Shown: positions 12,225-24,182 of the stretch, one piece after another
Position numbering within the stretch: the stretch's first letter is position 1
Layout of the letters: every line of letters starts with the position of its first letter
DNA from: an uncultured Actinomycetes bacterium
Lineage (GTDB): Bacteria; Actinomycetota; Thermoleophilia; UBA2241
DNA: 64,000 nt
Assembly (NCBI GenBank): GCA_963767005.1
Contig: CAVYCN010000019.1
Span: forward strand, 113,730 to 177,729
Reading direction: 5' to 3'
Made by a program: the position numbers and the translations under genes
The notes under the pieces: generated by a model
The model's database searches: none
Seen by the model: only the letters and a program-made list of their open reading frames with translations
Told to the model about the DNA's origin: nothing

Positions 12225-13843
12225 GCGTAGAACCCGCACTGCCGGAAGTCGAGCATGGAGAACGTCCAGGGTACGACCCTGGTGCCGACCCTCGAGGTCC
12301 AGAGGCGATTGAGGTAGGCGGGGATCATCTCGCCGCTGCCGCCGTCACCGGAGGCCATCCATTCGCAGCACTCGGTGGTCGCCGCCGTGAGCGCGTCGCC
12401 GGTCGACGCGTACGCCTTGGTGAGCAGCGCGTCCATCTTGGCGCTCTTCCACTTGGACTCGTTCCACGGCGCGCTGCTCTGGCAGTTGAGCGCCATGGTC
12501 TCGACGGGATGACGCCGGTTCCAGTCGTCGACGCAGAACGGATCCTTCATCCACACCGTGTCCCAATAGGTGTCGGCCGGGATCTGCTTGACGGTGATGC
12601 GGAAGGGCGAGCCCTTGGTCGCGGCCGCGAAGGCCAGGCTGAAGTTGGCGTGCAGCGCGTCGCCGGGGGCCTTCAGGTTCAGGTCGATGCCGCTGGCGTA
12701 GCCGGCCTCGGTCATGAGCTGGGTCGCCTTGGCGCGATCCATCTTCGTCGTCGCGATCAGCGTGTCGTTCATGAACGGGTCGTCCATCGCGACCCAGGCG
12801 TCGGGCGACGCGAACCCCTGCCCGCCGTAGGCGATGTTGATGACGTTGTCGCGGTCGATCGAGAGCTTGAGGGCCTGGCGCACCCGGGGGTCGCTGAACG
12901 GCTTGGTCGTACAGTCGCACACGACGCAGTACGTGATGCCCTTCTCGTAGGGGTTGACCTGCAGCTTGGAGTTGGCCTTGACCACGGCGAGCTGGTCGAA
13001 CGAGACCTGGGTCACGCTCGCCGCGCCCGACGCGACCGACTGCAGCTTGGTCGACTCTTCGGGGTCCTGGATGCCGCGCACGGTGTCGACGATCGGATAG
13101 CCCGTCATCCAGTAGGCCGGGTTCTTGTCGACCTCGAAGGACTGACCTTCGTTGTAGAACTTGAGCTTGAACGGGCCGGTCCCGATCCCCTTGGCGTAGT
13201 CGGCTTCCTTGCTGTTCGCCTTGACGAGGTAGCACTGCTGGTTGGACAGCGCCAGCAGCAGGAGCGAGTCGGGGCGCTTGAGCTTGAGCTTGAGCGTCAG
13301 GTCGTCGACGACGACGACGCCGTTCTTGTCGATGCTCGAGTCGAGACGCTGCATCATGCCCGAGCCGCCCTCGGGCGACATGATCCGCTCGATCGACCAG
13401 GCGGCGTCCTTCGCCGTGAACGGCGTGCCGTCGTGCCAGGTGACGTTGGGGCGCAGATGGAAGGTGTACTCCGTGAGCTCGGGATTGACGTCCCAGGTCT
13501 GCGCCAGGCGCGGCACCGGCTGGAACTTGAAGTCGTAGGACACAAGACCTTCGCGCAGCATGCCCTCGAGCGCGTCCTGGCCGTCGTCGATGTTCTTGAG
13601 CGGATCGAGGCCGTCCTTGGGGAACAGCTGATCGGTCGCGAACGTGAAGACCCCGCCGCGCTTGATGGCCCTCGACGAGGCCGTCGGCGCGGCGCCCGTC
13701 CCTGAACCGCTGCTCCCGCAAGCGGCCAGCAGGCCGGAGCTTGCGAGCCCCGCTCCCAGGCCGACGACAGCGCCGGCCTGCAGCAGTTGACGCCGCGTCA
13801 GGCGTACGCCCAGGGGGCCTTCTGCTTCACCTCGTGACTTCAC
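12221..13843 (-). CDS. Family 5 ABC substrate-binding lipoprotein with Tat signal
   Basis: TRRQLL twin-arginine motif and LAAC lipobox; YTFHLRPNVTWHDGTPFTAKD, GTGPFKL, PFSDPRVRQAL. Confidence 0.92.
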   Translation of the reverse strand: MKSRGEAEGPLGVRLTRRQLLQAGAVVGLGAGLASSGLLAACGSSGSGTGAAPTASSRAIKRGGVFTFATDQLFPKDGLDPLKNIDDGQDALEGMLREGLVSYDFKFQPVPRLAQTWDVNPELTEYTFHLRPNVTWHDGTPFTAKDAAWSIERIMSPEGGSGMMQRLDSSIDKNGVVVVDDLTLKLKLKRPDSLLLLALSNQQCYLVKANSKEADYAKGIGTGPFKLKFYNEGQSFEVDKNPAYWMTGYPIVDTVRGIQDPEESTKLQSVASGAASVTQVSFDQLAVVKANSKLQVNPYEKGITYCVVCDCTTKPFSDPRVRQALKLSIDRDNVINIAYGGQGFASPDAWVAMDDPFMNDTLIATTKMDRAKATQLMTEAGYASGIDLNLKAPGDALHANFSLAFAAATKGSPFRITVKQIPADTYWDTVWMKDPFCVDDWNRRHPVETMALNCQSSAPWNESKWKSAKMDALLTKAYASTGDALTAATTECCEWMASGDGGSGEMIPAYLNRLWTSRVGTRVVPWTFSMLDFRQCGFYA

Positions 13844-14066
13844 TGGTTACCTCCCTGTCGTCGTCGTGCTCGGGGACGATGTGTGGGGAACGGGCCGGGA
13901 CCCTGGAACGAACCTGTGCGCTCCCCCCGGATGCGCGGACCGCGCCGGAAGCTCGTCGCGCCACCTGCGGCGGCGCCTTCTGCTACCCGGCCGCGGGGTC
14001 GGCTCACGTCATGGACCCTCCTTTGCGGAATGTCTGAACGGCTGCGGCTTGCCGGGCCTGTGTGGC

Positions 14067-14094
14067 GTACACTTCTGGTATGCGCAGAGTATGC
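14067..14094. promoter_or_regulatory. Candidate GntR operator (GTACAC-N5-GTATGC-N5-GTATGC) in divergent promoter region
   Basis: Three hexamers at 11-bp period between the divergent SBP and reductase genes. Confidence 0.45.
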
Positions 14095-14185
14095 GTAGCC
14101 CTCCGTGGTCGTCAAGAACGTCGTGCAGCGAGGTTCGCGGGACCTCCTGATCGGACCGGGGCGCGGCGTCGCGAAAGGAGAGACC

Positions 14186-15100
14186 GTGGGTGAGAAGGTC
14201 GGGTTCATCGGGCTCGGTATCATGGGCCGGCCGATGGCGAGGAACCTGCTGAAGGCCGGTCACGACCTCGTGGTGCTCGACGTCGACCCGCGCGCCGTGG
14301 CGGCGCTGGTCGCCGACGGGGCCCGGGGTGCCGCGTCGCCGGCCGAGGTGACCGACCGCGCGCCGTGGGTCGTCACGATGCTGCCCGGCGGGCCGGCGGT
14401 CGAGGAGGTCGTCCTGGGGGCCGACGGGGTGCTCACCGCCGCCCGGGCGGACACCGTGCTGGTCGACATGAGCAGCACGTCGCCCGGCACCGCCAGGACC
14501 GTCGCCGCGGCCCTCGAGGCGCGCGGCGCCTCGTCCCTCGACGCTCCGGTCAGCGGCGGCGAGCCGGGCGCGGTGTCCGGTGAGCTCGTGATCATGGCCG
14601 GAGGGCAGCCCGACGTGTTCGCGGCGGCCGCGCCGCTCTTCGCGGCGCTCGGAAAGCGCGCCGTGCTGGTCGGACCGAGCGGCGCCGGCCAGACCGCGAA
14701 GCTGGTCAACCAGCTCCTCGTCGCCGCCCACCTCGAAGCCATGGCGGAGGGCCTCGCGCTGGCCTCGAGCGCGCACGTCGACCCGCGCCTGGTCCTGGAA
14801 GCGATCAGCGGCGGGCTCGCCGATTCGGCCGTGCTCGCCGCCAAGGGTCCGCTGCTCCTCGCTCGCGACTTCGCGCCCGGCGCCAGGATCGAGATCCATC
14901 GCAAGGACATGAAGAACGTGCTCGCCGCGGCCCGCGACCTGGGGCTGACGCTGCCGGTCGCAGAGCTGCTCGAGGTCATGTTCGACACGCTGGTCGGACA
15001 GGGCAAGGGTGGGCTCGACCACGTCGCGCTGGCGCAGGTCGTCGAGGCCATGAACGGCATCGAGATCGGCGGCGCCGGCAGGCTCGGCTACCTCCCTTGA
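14186..15100 (+). CDS. NAD(P)-dependent beta-hydroxyacid dehydrogenase (2-hydroxy-3-oxopropionate reductase/3HIBDH family)
   Basis: GTG after AAAGGAG; VGFIGLGIMGRPMARNL, DAPVSGG, GAGQTAKLVNQ. Confidence 0.9.
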   Translation: MGEKVGFIGLGIMGRPMARNLLKAGHDLVVLDVDPRAVAALVADGARGAASPAEVTDRAPWVVTMLPGGPAVEEVVLGADGVLTAARADTVLVDMSSTSPGTARTVAAALEARGASSLDAPVSGGEPGAVSGELVIMAGGQPDVFAAAAPLFAALGKRAVLVGPSGAGQTAKLVNQLLVAAHLEAMAEGLALASSAHVDPRLVLEAISGGLADSAVLAAKGPLLLARDFAPGARIEIHRKDMKNVLAAARDLGLTLPVAELLEVMFDTLVGQGKGGLDHVALAQVVEAMNGIEIGGAGRLGYLP

Positions 15101-15127
15101 CAGCCTCCGGCTTGCCACCTACGATGT

Positions 15128-15144
15128 GCATACACACCGTATAC
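15128..15144. promoter_or_regulatory. Candidate GntR autoregulatory site GCATAC-N5-GTATAC
   Basis: Lies upstream of gntR and matches the motifs at 5084 and 14067. Confidence 0.45.
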
Positions 15145-15226
15145 GATTCCGCCAGCGAGGTGATTGTGTACGTCCCTGCCCATCATCGTCCCGTCAACGT
15201 CCCTCCGCCCGAAAGGTCTTGCTGAC

Positions 15227-15895
15227 ATGGCCAGGAGCATGGCTTCCGCAGGCAACGCCGGTCAGTACGAGCGCGCCAGCGACACGGCGCTGCGGGAGTT
15301 GCGCCGGATGATCATCACGCTGGAGCTCGCCCCCGGCGAGGCCATCACCGAGGAGAGCCTGGGCGCCCGCCTGAAGTGCTCGCGCACGCCGATCAGAGAG
15401 GCGCTGCAGCAGCTCGTGCGCGAGCACCTCGTGGTCGCCACGCCTCACCGCGGGGTGTCGGTGGCGACGCTCAACCTGACCGACTTCTTCGCCATGCTCG
15501 AAGCCACCGAGGCGGTCGACGCGACCCTCATGCGGCTGGCCGCCGAGCGGCTGACCGACGAGCAGATCGCCGAGCTCGACGAGCTCCTGCGACAGTCCGA
15601 CGAGGCCGAGGCGGCCGGCGACTTCGAGCAGGTCGTGGAGCTCGACTTCCAGTTCCACAGCGTCATCGCGACCGGCTCGTCCAATCACTTCCTGATCGAG
15701 TTCCACGACACCCTCCACCGTCTCTCGACGCGCTTCGTGTTCCTCGGCTTCAGGCGCGCCGGCACGGCGGCCGGCGCGATCGAGGATCACCGCGTGATGC
15801 TCGAAGCGCTCCGCGCCCGCGACGCCGACCGCGCCGAGAGTGCCGCACGCGCGCACTGCCGTCACGCCCGCGAGCGCATGATGGCCGGGCTCTGA
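15227..15895 (+). CDS. GntR family (FadR/FCD-type) transcriptional regulator
   Basis: LAPGEAITE...SRTPIREALQQL HTH; DFQFH and EDH FCD motifs. Confidence 0.92.
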   Translation: MARSMASAGNAGQYERASDTALRELRRMIITLELAPGEAITEESLGARLKCSRTPIREALQQLVREHLVVATPHRGVSVATLNLTDFFAMLEATEAVDATLMRLAAERLTDEQIAELDELLRQSDEAEAAGDFEQVVELDFQFHSVIATGSSNHFLIEFHDTLHRLSTRFVFLGFRRAGTAAGAIEDHRVMLEALRARDADRAESAARAHCRHARERMMAGL

Positions 15896-16037
15896 GACCG
15901 TCCGCGGCCGGCCCCGTCAGGTCCTAGAAGCGGCGGGGCGTGCCCGCTTCTGTCCACCGTTGCCACAGGCCAACGCGACCGGGGAGATCAGACCGTGAAG
16001 AGACGCCATCTGGGACTTCGCAGACTCTCAGCAGTGG

Positions 16038-16952
16038 ATGGAGCGCACCAGCAAGTTCCCGCCCCTCGTGATCACGGTGGCGGTCAACGGCGGCATCCAG
16101 GGCAAGGAGAGCCACCCGGCGCTGCCCGAGCTGCCCGAGGAGATCGCCGAGCAGGCTCACGAGGCCTACCAGGCCGGCGCTTCGGTCGTCCACATCCACG
16201 GCCGCGACCTCGCCGACTTCACCAACTGCACCGAAGATCCCGAGGTCTATCGCCAGATCAACGGCCTGGTGCGGGCGAAGTGCCCGCAGATCATCATCAA
16301 CAACACGACCGGCGGCGGACCGACCACGACCATGGAGGCCCGCATCGCCTGTCTCGACGCACTGCCCGAGATGGCCTCGCTCAACCTCGGCCCCGACATG
16401 GAGCGCTTCGAGCTGGCGGCCCGCAAGCCCCCGCTGCCCCACCCGCGCGAGGCCGTGCTGGTCGACATGTGCATGCCGTTCACCTACGGCTTCATCGACC
16501 GGCTCGCCACGGTGATGCTCGACAAGGGGATCAAGCCCGAGCTCGAGATGTACCACCCGGGCGAGTACTGGGTCAGCCGCGGCCTCATCGCGCGCGGGCT
16601 GATCAAGCCGCCCTACGCCCACCAGTTCGTCATGGGCGTGCAGACGTGCAGCTATCCGACCCCCTGGAACGTGCTGGAGATGCTGCGCGAGCTGCCCGAC
16701 GATTCGCTCTTCACGGTCGCCAGCATCGGCAAGTTCCAGTGGCCGCTGGCCGCGCTCGGCATCATCCTCGGCGGCAACGTGCGGGTCGGCCTCGAGGATA
16801 ACCTCTACCTGTCCCGCGGCGTGAAGCTCAAGGGCAACGGCGAGGCCGTCGAGAAGGTCGTGCGTCTGGCCCGCGAGCTCGGCCGCGAGGTCGCCACGCC
16901 GGCGCAGGCCCGCGAGATCTACGGCCTGTCCCCCACGCCGAGCACCTACTGA
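16038..16952 (+). CDS. Beta-keto acid cleavage enzyme (BKACE/Kce, DUF849)
   Basis: ITVAVNG, AGASVVHIHGR, KPELE, GGNVRVGLEDN, ATPAQAREI. Confidence 0.92.
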   Translation: MERTSKFPPLVITVAVNGGIQGKESHPALPELPEEIAEQAHEAYQAGASVVHIHGRDLADFTNCTEDPEVYRQINGLVRAKCPQIIINNTTGGGPTTTMEARIACLDALPEMASLNLGPDMERFELAARKPPLPHPREAVLVDMCMPFTYGFIDRLATVMLDKGIKPELEMYHPGEYWVSRGLIARGLIKPPYAHQFVMGVQTCSYPTPWNVLEMLRELPDDSLFTVASIGKFQWPLAALGIILGGNVRVGLEDNLYLSRGVKLKGNGEAVEKVVRLARELGREVATPAQAREIYGLSPTPSTY

Positions 16953-17007
16953 GAGGTCACACGCGCGCGCAGGGCGCTCGCTCGAGATCACGAGAGGGAG
17001 ACGGGGC

Positions 17008-18042
17008 ATGAAGGCGCTGGTCAAGACGAAGCCCGGGCCTGGGCTCGAGCTCATCGACGTAGCCGTCCCCGAGGTCGGTCGCGACGACGTGCTCATCCGC
17101 ATCCTGAAGACGGCCATCTGCGGCACCGACGTGCACATCTACGAGTGGGACGAGTGGGCCCGGCGCACGGTGCCGGTGCCGCTGGTCGTCGGCCACGAGT
17201 TCGTCGGCGTGATCCACGAGCTGGGCAGCGACGTGCGCGGCCTGCAGCTCGGTGAGCTGGTCACCGGCGAGGGGCACATCGTGTGCGGTCACTGCCGCAA
17301 CTGCCGGGCCGGCCGCCGCCACCTCTGCGTCAACACGATCAGCATCGGCGCGACCCGCGACGGCGCCTTCGCCGAGTACCTGGTGCTGCCGTCGTCGAAC
17401 ATCTGGGCCGCCGACCCCGCCATCCCGCTCGACGTGCTGGCGATCTGCGACCCGCTCGGCAACGCGGCCCACACGGCCCTGTCGTTCGACCTCGTCGGCG
17501 AGGACGTGCTCATCACGGGCGCCGGCCCGGTCGGCTGCCTGGCCGCCGCGATCGTGCGCCACGTCGGCGCGCGGCACGTCGTCGTCTCCGACATCAACCC
17601 CGACCGTCTCGACCTGGCGAAGACGATGGGCGCGTCCCTCGTGCTCGACGCCCGCCGTCAGCAGCCGACGCGACGCCTTTGCGATGCTCGGCATGACCGA
17701 GGGCTTCGACGTCGGCCTCGAGATGTCGGGCAGCCCCGACGCGCTGCGCGGCATGCTCGCCGTCGATGTGCCACGGCGGGCGCATCGCGCCTGCTCGGAT
17801 TCCTCGAGGGCGAGAGCGCGATCGACTGGGAGCGCGTCATCTTCGGCGGCCTCACGCTCAAGGGCATCTACGGCCGCCAGATGTACGAGACCTGGTACAA
17901 GATGACGGCGATGCTGCAGAGCGGCCTCGACGTCTCCCCGGTCATCACCCACCGCTTCGCCTTCACGGAGTACGAGACCGCTTTCGACATGATGCTGTCC
18001 GGTCGCTCCGGGAAGGTCATCCTCGACTGGGCGACCGCGTGA
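17008..18042 (+). CDS. tdh: L-threonine 3-dehydrogenase (internal compensating frameshifts ~17660-17790)
   Basis: [46 protein letters not shown]; [13 protein letters not shown] appears in the alternate frame. Confidence 0.92.
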   Translation: MKALVKTKPGPGLELIDVAVPEVGRDDVLIRILKTAICGTDVHIYEWDEWARRTVPVPLVVGHEFVGVIHELGSDVRGLQLGELVTGEGHIVCGHCRNCRAGRRHLCVNTISIGATRDGAFAEYLVLPSSNIWAADPAIPLDVLAICDPLGNAAHTALSFDLVGEDVLITGAGPVGCLAAAIVRHVGARHVVVSDINPDRLDLAKTMGASLVLDARRQQPTRRLCDARHDRGLRRRPRDVGQPRRAARHARRRCATAGASRLLGFLEGESAIDWERVIFGGLTLKGIYGRQMYETWYKMTAMLQSGLDVSPVITHRFAFTEYETAFDMMLSGRSGKVILDWATA

Positions 18043-18071
18043 ACGCCGCCCTCCGCGCCTAGGAGCACGCC

Positions 18072-19270
<1,199 letters not shown>

Positions 19271-19274
<4 letters not shown>

Positions 19275-20469
19275 GGCTCGCCGAACGAGTCTCCCGCCTG
19301 GGCACCGAGACCGCCTTTGCCGTCTCGGCCGAGGCGGCCGCCTACGCCGCCGCCGGCCACACGGTCTACCCGTTCCACATCGGCGACATGAACCTGGCGA
19401 CGCCCGCCAACATCCAGGAGGCGGCCCTGCGCGCCATGCGCGACGGCAAGACCGGTTACTGCCCGAACGGCGGCATCGCGCCGCTGCGCGAGGCGCTGGC
19501 CGCCGAGGTCTCGCGCACCCACGGCGTCACCTACGGCGCCGACAACGTGGCCGTGCAGCCGGGCGGCAAGCCGGTCATCGAGAAGTTCCTGCTGAACCTG
19601 GTCGACCCCGGCGAAGAGGTGCTGTACCCCAGCCCCGGCTTTCCCATCTACGAGTCGCAGATCGAGTTTCTCGGCGCCCGGGCCGTGCCCTACGGCTTCC
19701 GGCCCGGCCCCGACAACTTCCTGCTCGACTTCGCCGCCATCGAGCGCGCCGTCACAGCGCGCACCCGCGCCATCATCGTCAACGACCTGCACAACCCGAC
19801 CGGCGCGGTCAGCCCGCGCGGCGAGCTCGAGGCGCTCGCGGATCTCTGCCTGCGGCACGACCTCGCGGTCCTTGCCGACGAGGCCTACTGGGACATCCGC
19901 TACTCGGGCGAGCCGCTCTCGATCGCCGCCCTGCCGGGTATGGCGGAGCGCACGGTCATCCTCTACACCTTCTCCAAGAAGTTCGCCATGACCGGATGGC
20001 GTCTGGGCGCCGCCATCGGCCCGCAGCGACGTGATCGCGGCGATCGCCACGCTCAACGTCAACCAGGAAAGCTGCACCAACCACTTCGTCCAGCACGCCG
20101 GGGTCGAGGCCCTGACCGGCGACCAGTCGGGCGCGGCCCACATTCTACAGACGCTGCGCCGAGCGCCGCGACGTGGCGGTCGCCGCGCTCAACGCGATCC
20201 CCGGCGTGACCTGCTACTCGCCCGACGCCACGTTCTACCTGTTCCCCGACGTCACCGAGCTGATGGAGCGGGTCGGCGCGGCGAGCTACGACGAGTTCCG
20301 TCTCGCTGCCCTGCGCAGCACGGGCTGCTCGTTCTGCACGCGCCTGCACTTCGGCCGCGCGCTCCCCGGCGAGACACGGCGCTACGTGCGCATCGCCTAC
20401 TCGGGCATCGACGCCGACCAGATCGAGGAGGGGCTCGGCCGTCTCCGAGACTGGGCGGCCAGAGGCTGA
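19271..20469 (+). CDS. Class I/II PLP aminotransferase (aspartate aminotransferase-like), frameshifted
   Basis: [39 protein letters not shown]; C-terminus in ORF 20173..20469. Confidence 0.88.
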
Positions 20470-20735
20470 CCGACACGATCACTGAGCTGTCGCGCCGGCT
20501 CGTCTCGTCTGGCGCTGCCCCCAGCGCCCAGAGAGCCGGCGTGGCCCAAGGGAGGTCCCGGCGTCACGGCCTTCCTGGTGGGGGAAGCGGCCACGCCCGC
20601 CAAGGGCGAGGCCGCTTTCCCCTCACTGCCACCCTTGTCCGCCTCGTCCCACGAACGGGCGCCCCGACGAGCCGCCTCGTGTCGCAGGCGCCGGACCGCG
20701 CCGCGCGCGGCCCTTGCCGCGCGGCGCCCCGACCT

Positions 20736-23429
20736 CTAGCGCGAGACCAAACGACGTACCTCGGCGGCCGTGGCAACCCTGAGGGCGCGCGCGGCCAGGC
20801 GGCGGGCGCCGGCGCGGCCGGCGCGGCGCACCGCCTGCTTGGCGAGCGCCATGCGCGCCGGCGCCATCGACAGGGCGTCGACGCCCAGGCCGAGCAGCAG
20901 CGGGACGGCCTGCGGGTCGCCGGCGATCTCGCCGCAGACCGCGACCGGCCGGCCGGCGCCGGCCGCCGCCCGCGTCACCTCCGCGATCAGGCGCAGCACG
21001 GCCGGGTGCAGGGCGTCGCCGAGGCCGGCGACCGCGGCGTTGCCGCGCTCCGCGGCCAGGACGTACTGGGTGAGGTCGTTGGTGCCGATCGAGAAGAAGT
21101 CGACGTGCGGCGCGAAGGCCGCGGCGAGCAGGGCGGCGGCCGGTACCTCGATCATCACGCCGACCTCGAGGCGGAGCGGCACGGCGACGGCGGCGGCCGC
21201 TAGATCGGCGCGCGCCTCCTCTACGAGCGCGCGCACGCGCAACACCTCGTCGACGCCGGTGACCATGGGCAGTAGCAGTCGTAGCGGATGGTCGGCGGCC
21301 ACACGCAACGCGGCGCGCAGCTGACCGGTCAGCAGCTCGGGCCGGCGCAGGCCGAGACGGACGCCGCGCAACCCCAGGAACGGGTTGTCCTCGTGAGCGG
21401 CGGGCAGGTACGGCAGCGACTTGTCGGCGCCCGCGTCGAGCGTGCGCAGCACGAGCGGGCGCCCGCCGAGGGCGGCGGCGATGGCCCGGTAGGCGCGCTC
21501 CTGCTCGTCCTCGGTCGGCAGGTGGTCGGCACGCAGGAAGAGGAACTCGGTCCGCAGCAGGCCGACGCCGTCGGCGCCGGCCGCCAGGGCCGCGGCGACC
21601 TCGCCGGGCTCACCCAGGTTGGCTTCGACCGGCACGGTCAGGCCGTCGCGCGTGACGGCCGGCTCGGCGGCGCGTGCGGTGGCGGCTGCCGCGGCGGCGG
21701 CGCGCCGCGAGCGGCGCGCCGCCGCCGCGCGCCAGACCGCCGCCGGCGGATCGACCGTGAGCGTGCCCGCGTCGCCGTCGAGCACGACCGGCGTGCCGTT
21801 CGCCACCGCGAGCAGCGCCGGCCCGCAGCCCATCACGGCCGGCACGCCGAGCGCCCGGGCGAGGATCGCGCCGTGCGAGGTGGGCCCGCCGCCGGCGCAG
21901 GCCACGCCGAGCACGTCGTCGCCCAGCGCCGCCGCCTGCGCCGGCGAGAGGTCGGGCGCGAGCACGACGACGGCGCGCGACCGACCAGCCGGCTCGCTGC
22001 CGCGGCCGCTGGGCTCGCCGCCCGGCGTCTCGCCCAGGTGACGCAGGACCTGGCCGGCGACCTGCCGCAGGTCGGCGCCGCGGGCGCGCAGGTAGGGGTC
22101 GTCGAGCGCGTCCCACGCGGCGGCGGCCTGGGCGGCGGCCGCCGCCCAGGCCGCCGCCGCGCCCGTACCCTCGCCGAGCACGGCGGCCCGCGCCGGGCCG
22201 AGCAGCGCCTCGTCGTCGAGCAGCAGCAGGTGAGCGTCGAAGATCGCGCCGTGCGCCGCGCCGGCGCGCGCGGCGACCGACTCGCGGGCGCCGCGCAGCT
22301 CGGCGCGCGTCGCGGCCAGCGCCGCCTGCAGACGGTCCCACTCGGCGCGCGGGTCGCCCACGCTCGAGGCGCTGGCCGGTGCCTCGAGCGTGGGCGCGGC
22401 GAGCCACCGCGCCGGGCCGATGGCGACACCCGGGGCTGCGGGAAGACCCTGCAGCACCTTGCCGCGCTCCGGAGGCGACGCGGCGCCCGGCTCGAGCGGC
22501 GCCGCGGTCCCCAGGTCCGAAGCCGGCGCGACCCCCGGTTCAGACGACGCGGGCGCGTCCGGCCCCGGAGCCCCCGTGCTCGGGCCCACGGCCGGCCCCC
22601 GGGGCGGCCCTCCGGGCGCGCCGGCCACGCGATCGCCGAAGTCGTCGTCGGCCAGGGCGCGCAGGGCCGCCAGGGCGACGGCCGCCTCGACGCCGCGCGC
22701 CCGCAGCACGAGCTCGTGACCGCGCGAGGCGCCGAGTGTCGCCACCGCGCTCAGGCTGCGCGCGCTGACGGGCCCGCGGCCGGCGGTGACGTCCTCGACG
22801 GTCACGTCGGCGTCGAAGCCGGCCGCCGTGCGCACGAGGCGGGCGACCGGCCGCGCGTGCAGGCCGAGCGGACTGTGTACGACGATCCGCAGTGCCTGCT
22901 CCCCTTCAGGCTCCTTGTCGCCGGCCGGCGTGCCGGCTCCCGCAGCACCCGCGTCCCGTCCCCGAGGGCCGCCCGACGGAGCCGTCGGGCCCGCGGTCGG
23001 CGCGTCGCCGGCCGGCACGACGGGCGCGAGCTGGGCCGTCTTGCCGGCCAGACCGGCGGCGGCCTCGGCCGCGACGGCCACGAGCGAGCCGCCGGCCGCC
23101 GCCGCCACGGCGGCCGCCACGGCCCCCTCGACAAGCGGCGCAGCGCTGAGCAGCACCTTGGCGCGCCGGCGCTCGTCGAGCAGCTCGAGGGCGAGCTCGG
23201 CCGACAGCACGGCGCTGCCCAGGTCCATGAGCACGAGCACGCCGTCGTCGGACCAGGCCGCGTCGATCGCGCGGGCCACGAGCGCCGCGTCGGTGCCGAG
23301 CGGCCGTTCGGGCAGGTCGAGGCCGCCGGCCGCCGCGATGCGCAGGTCGGGGCCGGCCATCTGCGCGGCGAGCTCGGCGGCGCCCTCGGCGAGCCGGGCG
23401 CTGTGGCTCACCAGGACGAGGCCGATCAC
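20736..23429 (-). CDS. dhaM: DhaM-type multidomain PTS protein: EIIA(Man)-HPr-enzyme I
   Basis: IGLVLVSHS and DLGSA (EIIA); GLHARP (HPr); TSHGAILAR, GVGLLRTEFLF, FSIGTNDLTQY and VCGE (complete EI). Confidence 0.88.
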   Translation of the reverse strand: MIGLVLVSHSARLAEGAAELAAQMAGPDLRIAAAGGLDLPERPLGTDAALVARAIDAAWSDDGVLVLMDLGSAVLSAELALELLDERRRAKVLLSAAPLVEGAVAAAVAAAAGGSLVAVAAEAAAGLAGKTAQLAPVVPAGDAPTAGPTAPSGGPRGRDAGAAGAGTPAGDKEPEGEQALRIVVHSPLGLHARPVARLVRTAAGFDADVTVEDVTAGRGPVSARSLSAVATLGASRGHELVLRARGVEAAVALAALRALADDDFGDRVAGAPGGPPRGPAVGPSTGAPGPDAPASSEPGVAPASDLGTAAPLEPGAASPPERGKVLQGLPAAPGVAIGPARWLAAPTLEAPASASSVGDPRAEWDRLQAALAATRAELRGARESVAARAGAAHGAIFDAHLLLLDDEALLGPARAAVLGEGTGAAAAWAAAAAQAAAAWDALDDPYLRARGADLRQVAGQVLRHLGETPGGEPSGRGSEPAGRSRAVVVLAPDLSPAQAAALGDDVLGVACAGGGPTSHGAILARALGVPAVMGCGPALLAVANGTPVVLDGDAGTLTVDPPAAVWRAAAARRSRRAAAAAAATARAAEPAVTRDGLTVPVEANLGEPGEVAAALAAGADGVGLLRTEFLFLRADHLPTEDEQERAYRAIAAALGGRPLVLRTLDAGADKSLPYLPAAHEDNPFLGLRGVRLGLRRPELLTGQLRAALRVAADHPLRLLLPMVTGVDEVLRVRALVEEARADLAAAAVAVPLRLEVGVMIEVPAAALLAAAFAPHVDFFSIGTNDLTQYVLAAERGNAAVAGLGDALHPAVLRLIAEVTRAAAGAGRPVAVCGEIAGDPQAVPLLLGLGVDALSMAPARMALAKQAVRRAGRAGARRLAARALRVATAAEVRRLVSR

Positions 23430-24073
23430 GGCGACTCGGGCAGCAGCGCCGCGGCCGCCCGCAGCAAGAGCCACGACGACGTCGCGCCGGGGTCCTGCGT
23501 GCCGGCGCTGCGCTCGCCCAGGTAGCTCGCCCTGCCCTTGCGGGCCACGAGCGGCACGGTCGCCAGCATGCCGCGCTCGGCGCCGGAGGCCGTCGCGCGC
23601 AGGGCCGCGCGCCCGGGCAGGCCGGCGGTGACAGCGTCCTGGAGCGCCTCGACCGCCGGCAGCAGGGCGTCGACCATGGTCTTGTCGCCGGCCTCGGCCT
23701 TGCCGCGCTCGCGCACGCCGGCCACACCGGCCGCGAGCGCAGTCGCAAGCCCGGCGACATCGAGCTCCTCGGCGGCGCCGGCGGCCGTCGCCATCCGCAG
23801 GAACAGCGTGCCGTAGAGCGGTCCCGCGGCACCGCCGACCGTCGACACGAGCGTCATGCCGACCGTCTTGAGCAACGCGCCGACGCCCCCCGCGGCGTCC
23901 GCCGCGGCGAGCTTGACCAGCACGGCCTGCATGCCGCGGTCCATGTTGATGCCGTGGTCGGCGTCGCCGATCGCGGCGTCGAGCGCGGTGAGCTCGTCGC
24001 GGTGCTCGGCCACGGCGGCTGCGAAGGCCCGTATCCAGGCCGCGACGGCGGCCGCGTCGATCGTCTCGCTCAC
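23426..24073 (-). CDS. dhaL: Dihydroxyacetone kinase subunit L
   Basis: LDAAIGDADHGINM, GDKTMVDAL, GRASYLGERS, DPGA. Confidence 0.95.
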   Translation of the reverse strand: MSETIDAAAVAAWIRAFAAAVAEHRDELTALDAAIGDADHGINMDRGMQAVLVKLAAADAAGGVGALLKTVGMTLVSTVGGAAGPLYGTLFLRMATAAGAAEELDVAGLATALAAGVAGVRERGKAEAGDKTMVDALLPAVEALQDAVTAGLPGRAALRATASGAERGMLATVPLVARKGRASYLGERSAGTQDPGATSSWLLLRAAAALLPESP

Positions 24074-24182
24074 GTGCCCGGCCCCCGACCTGTGAGCCGC
24101 CGCAGACCCGTCGTCCGACCGCGGATCACGCGTACCGCCGCCGCCCCGCGAACGGTCGCGAGCGGCCTTGCCCGACCGCCCA

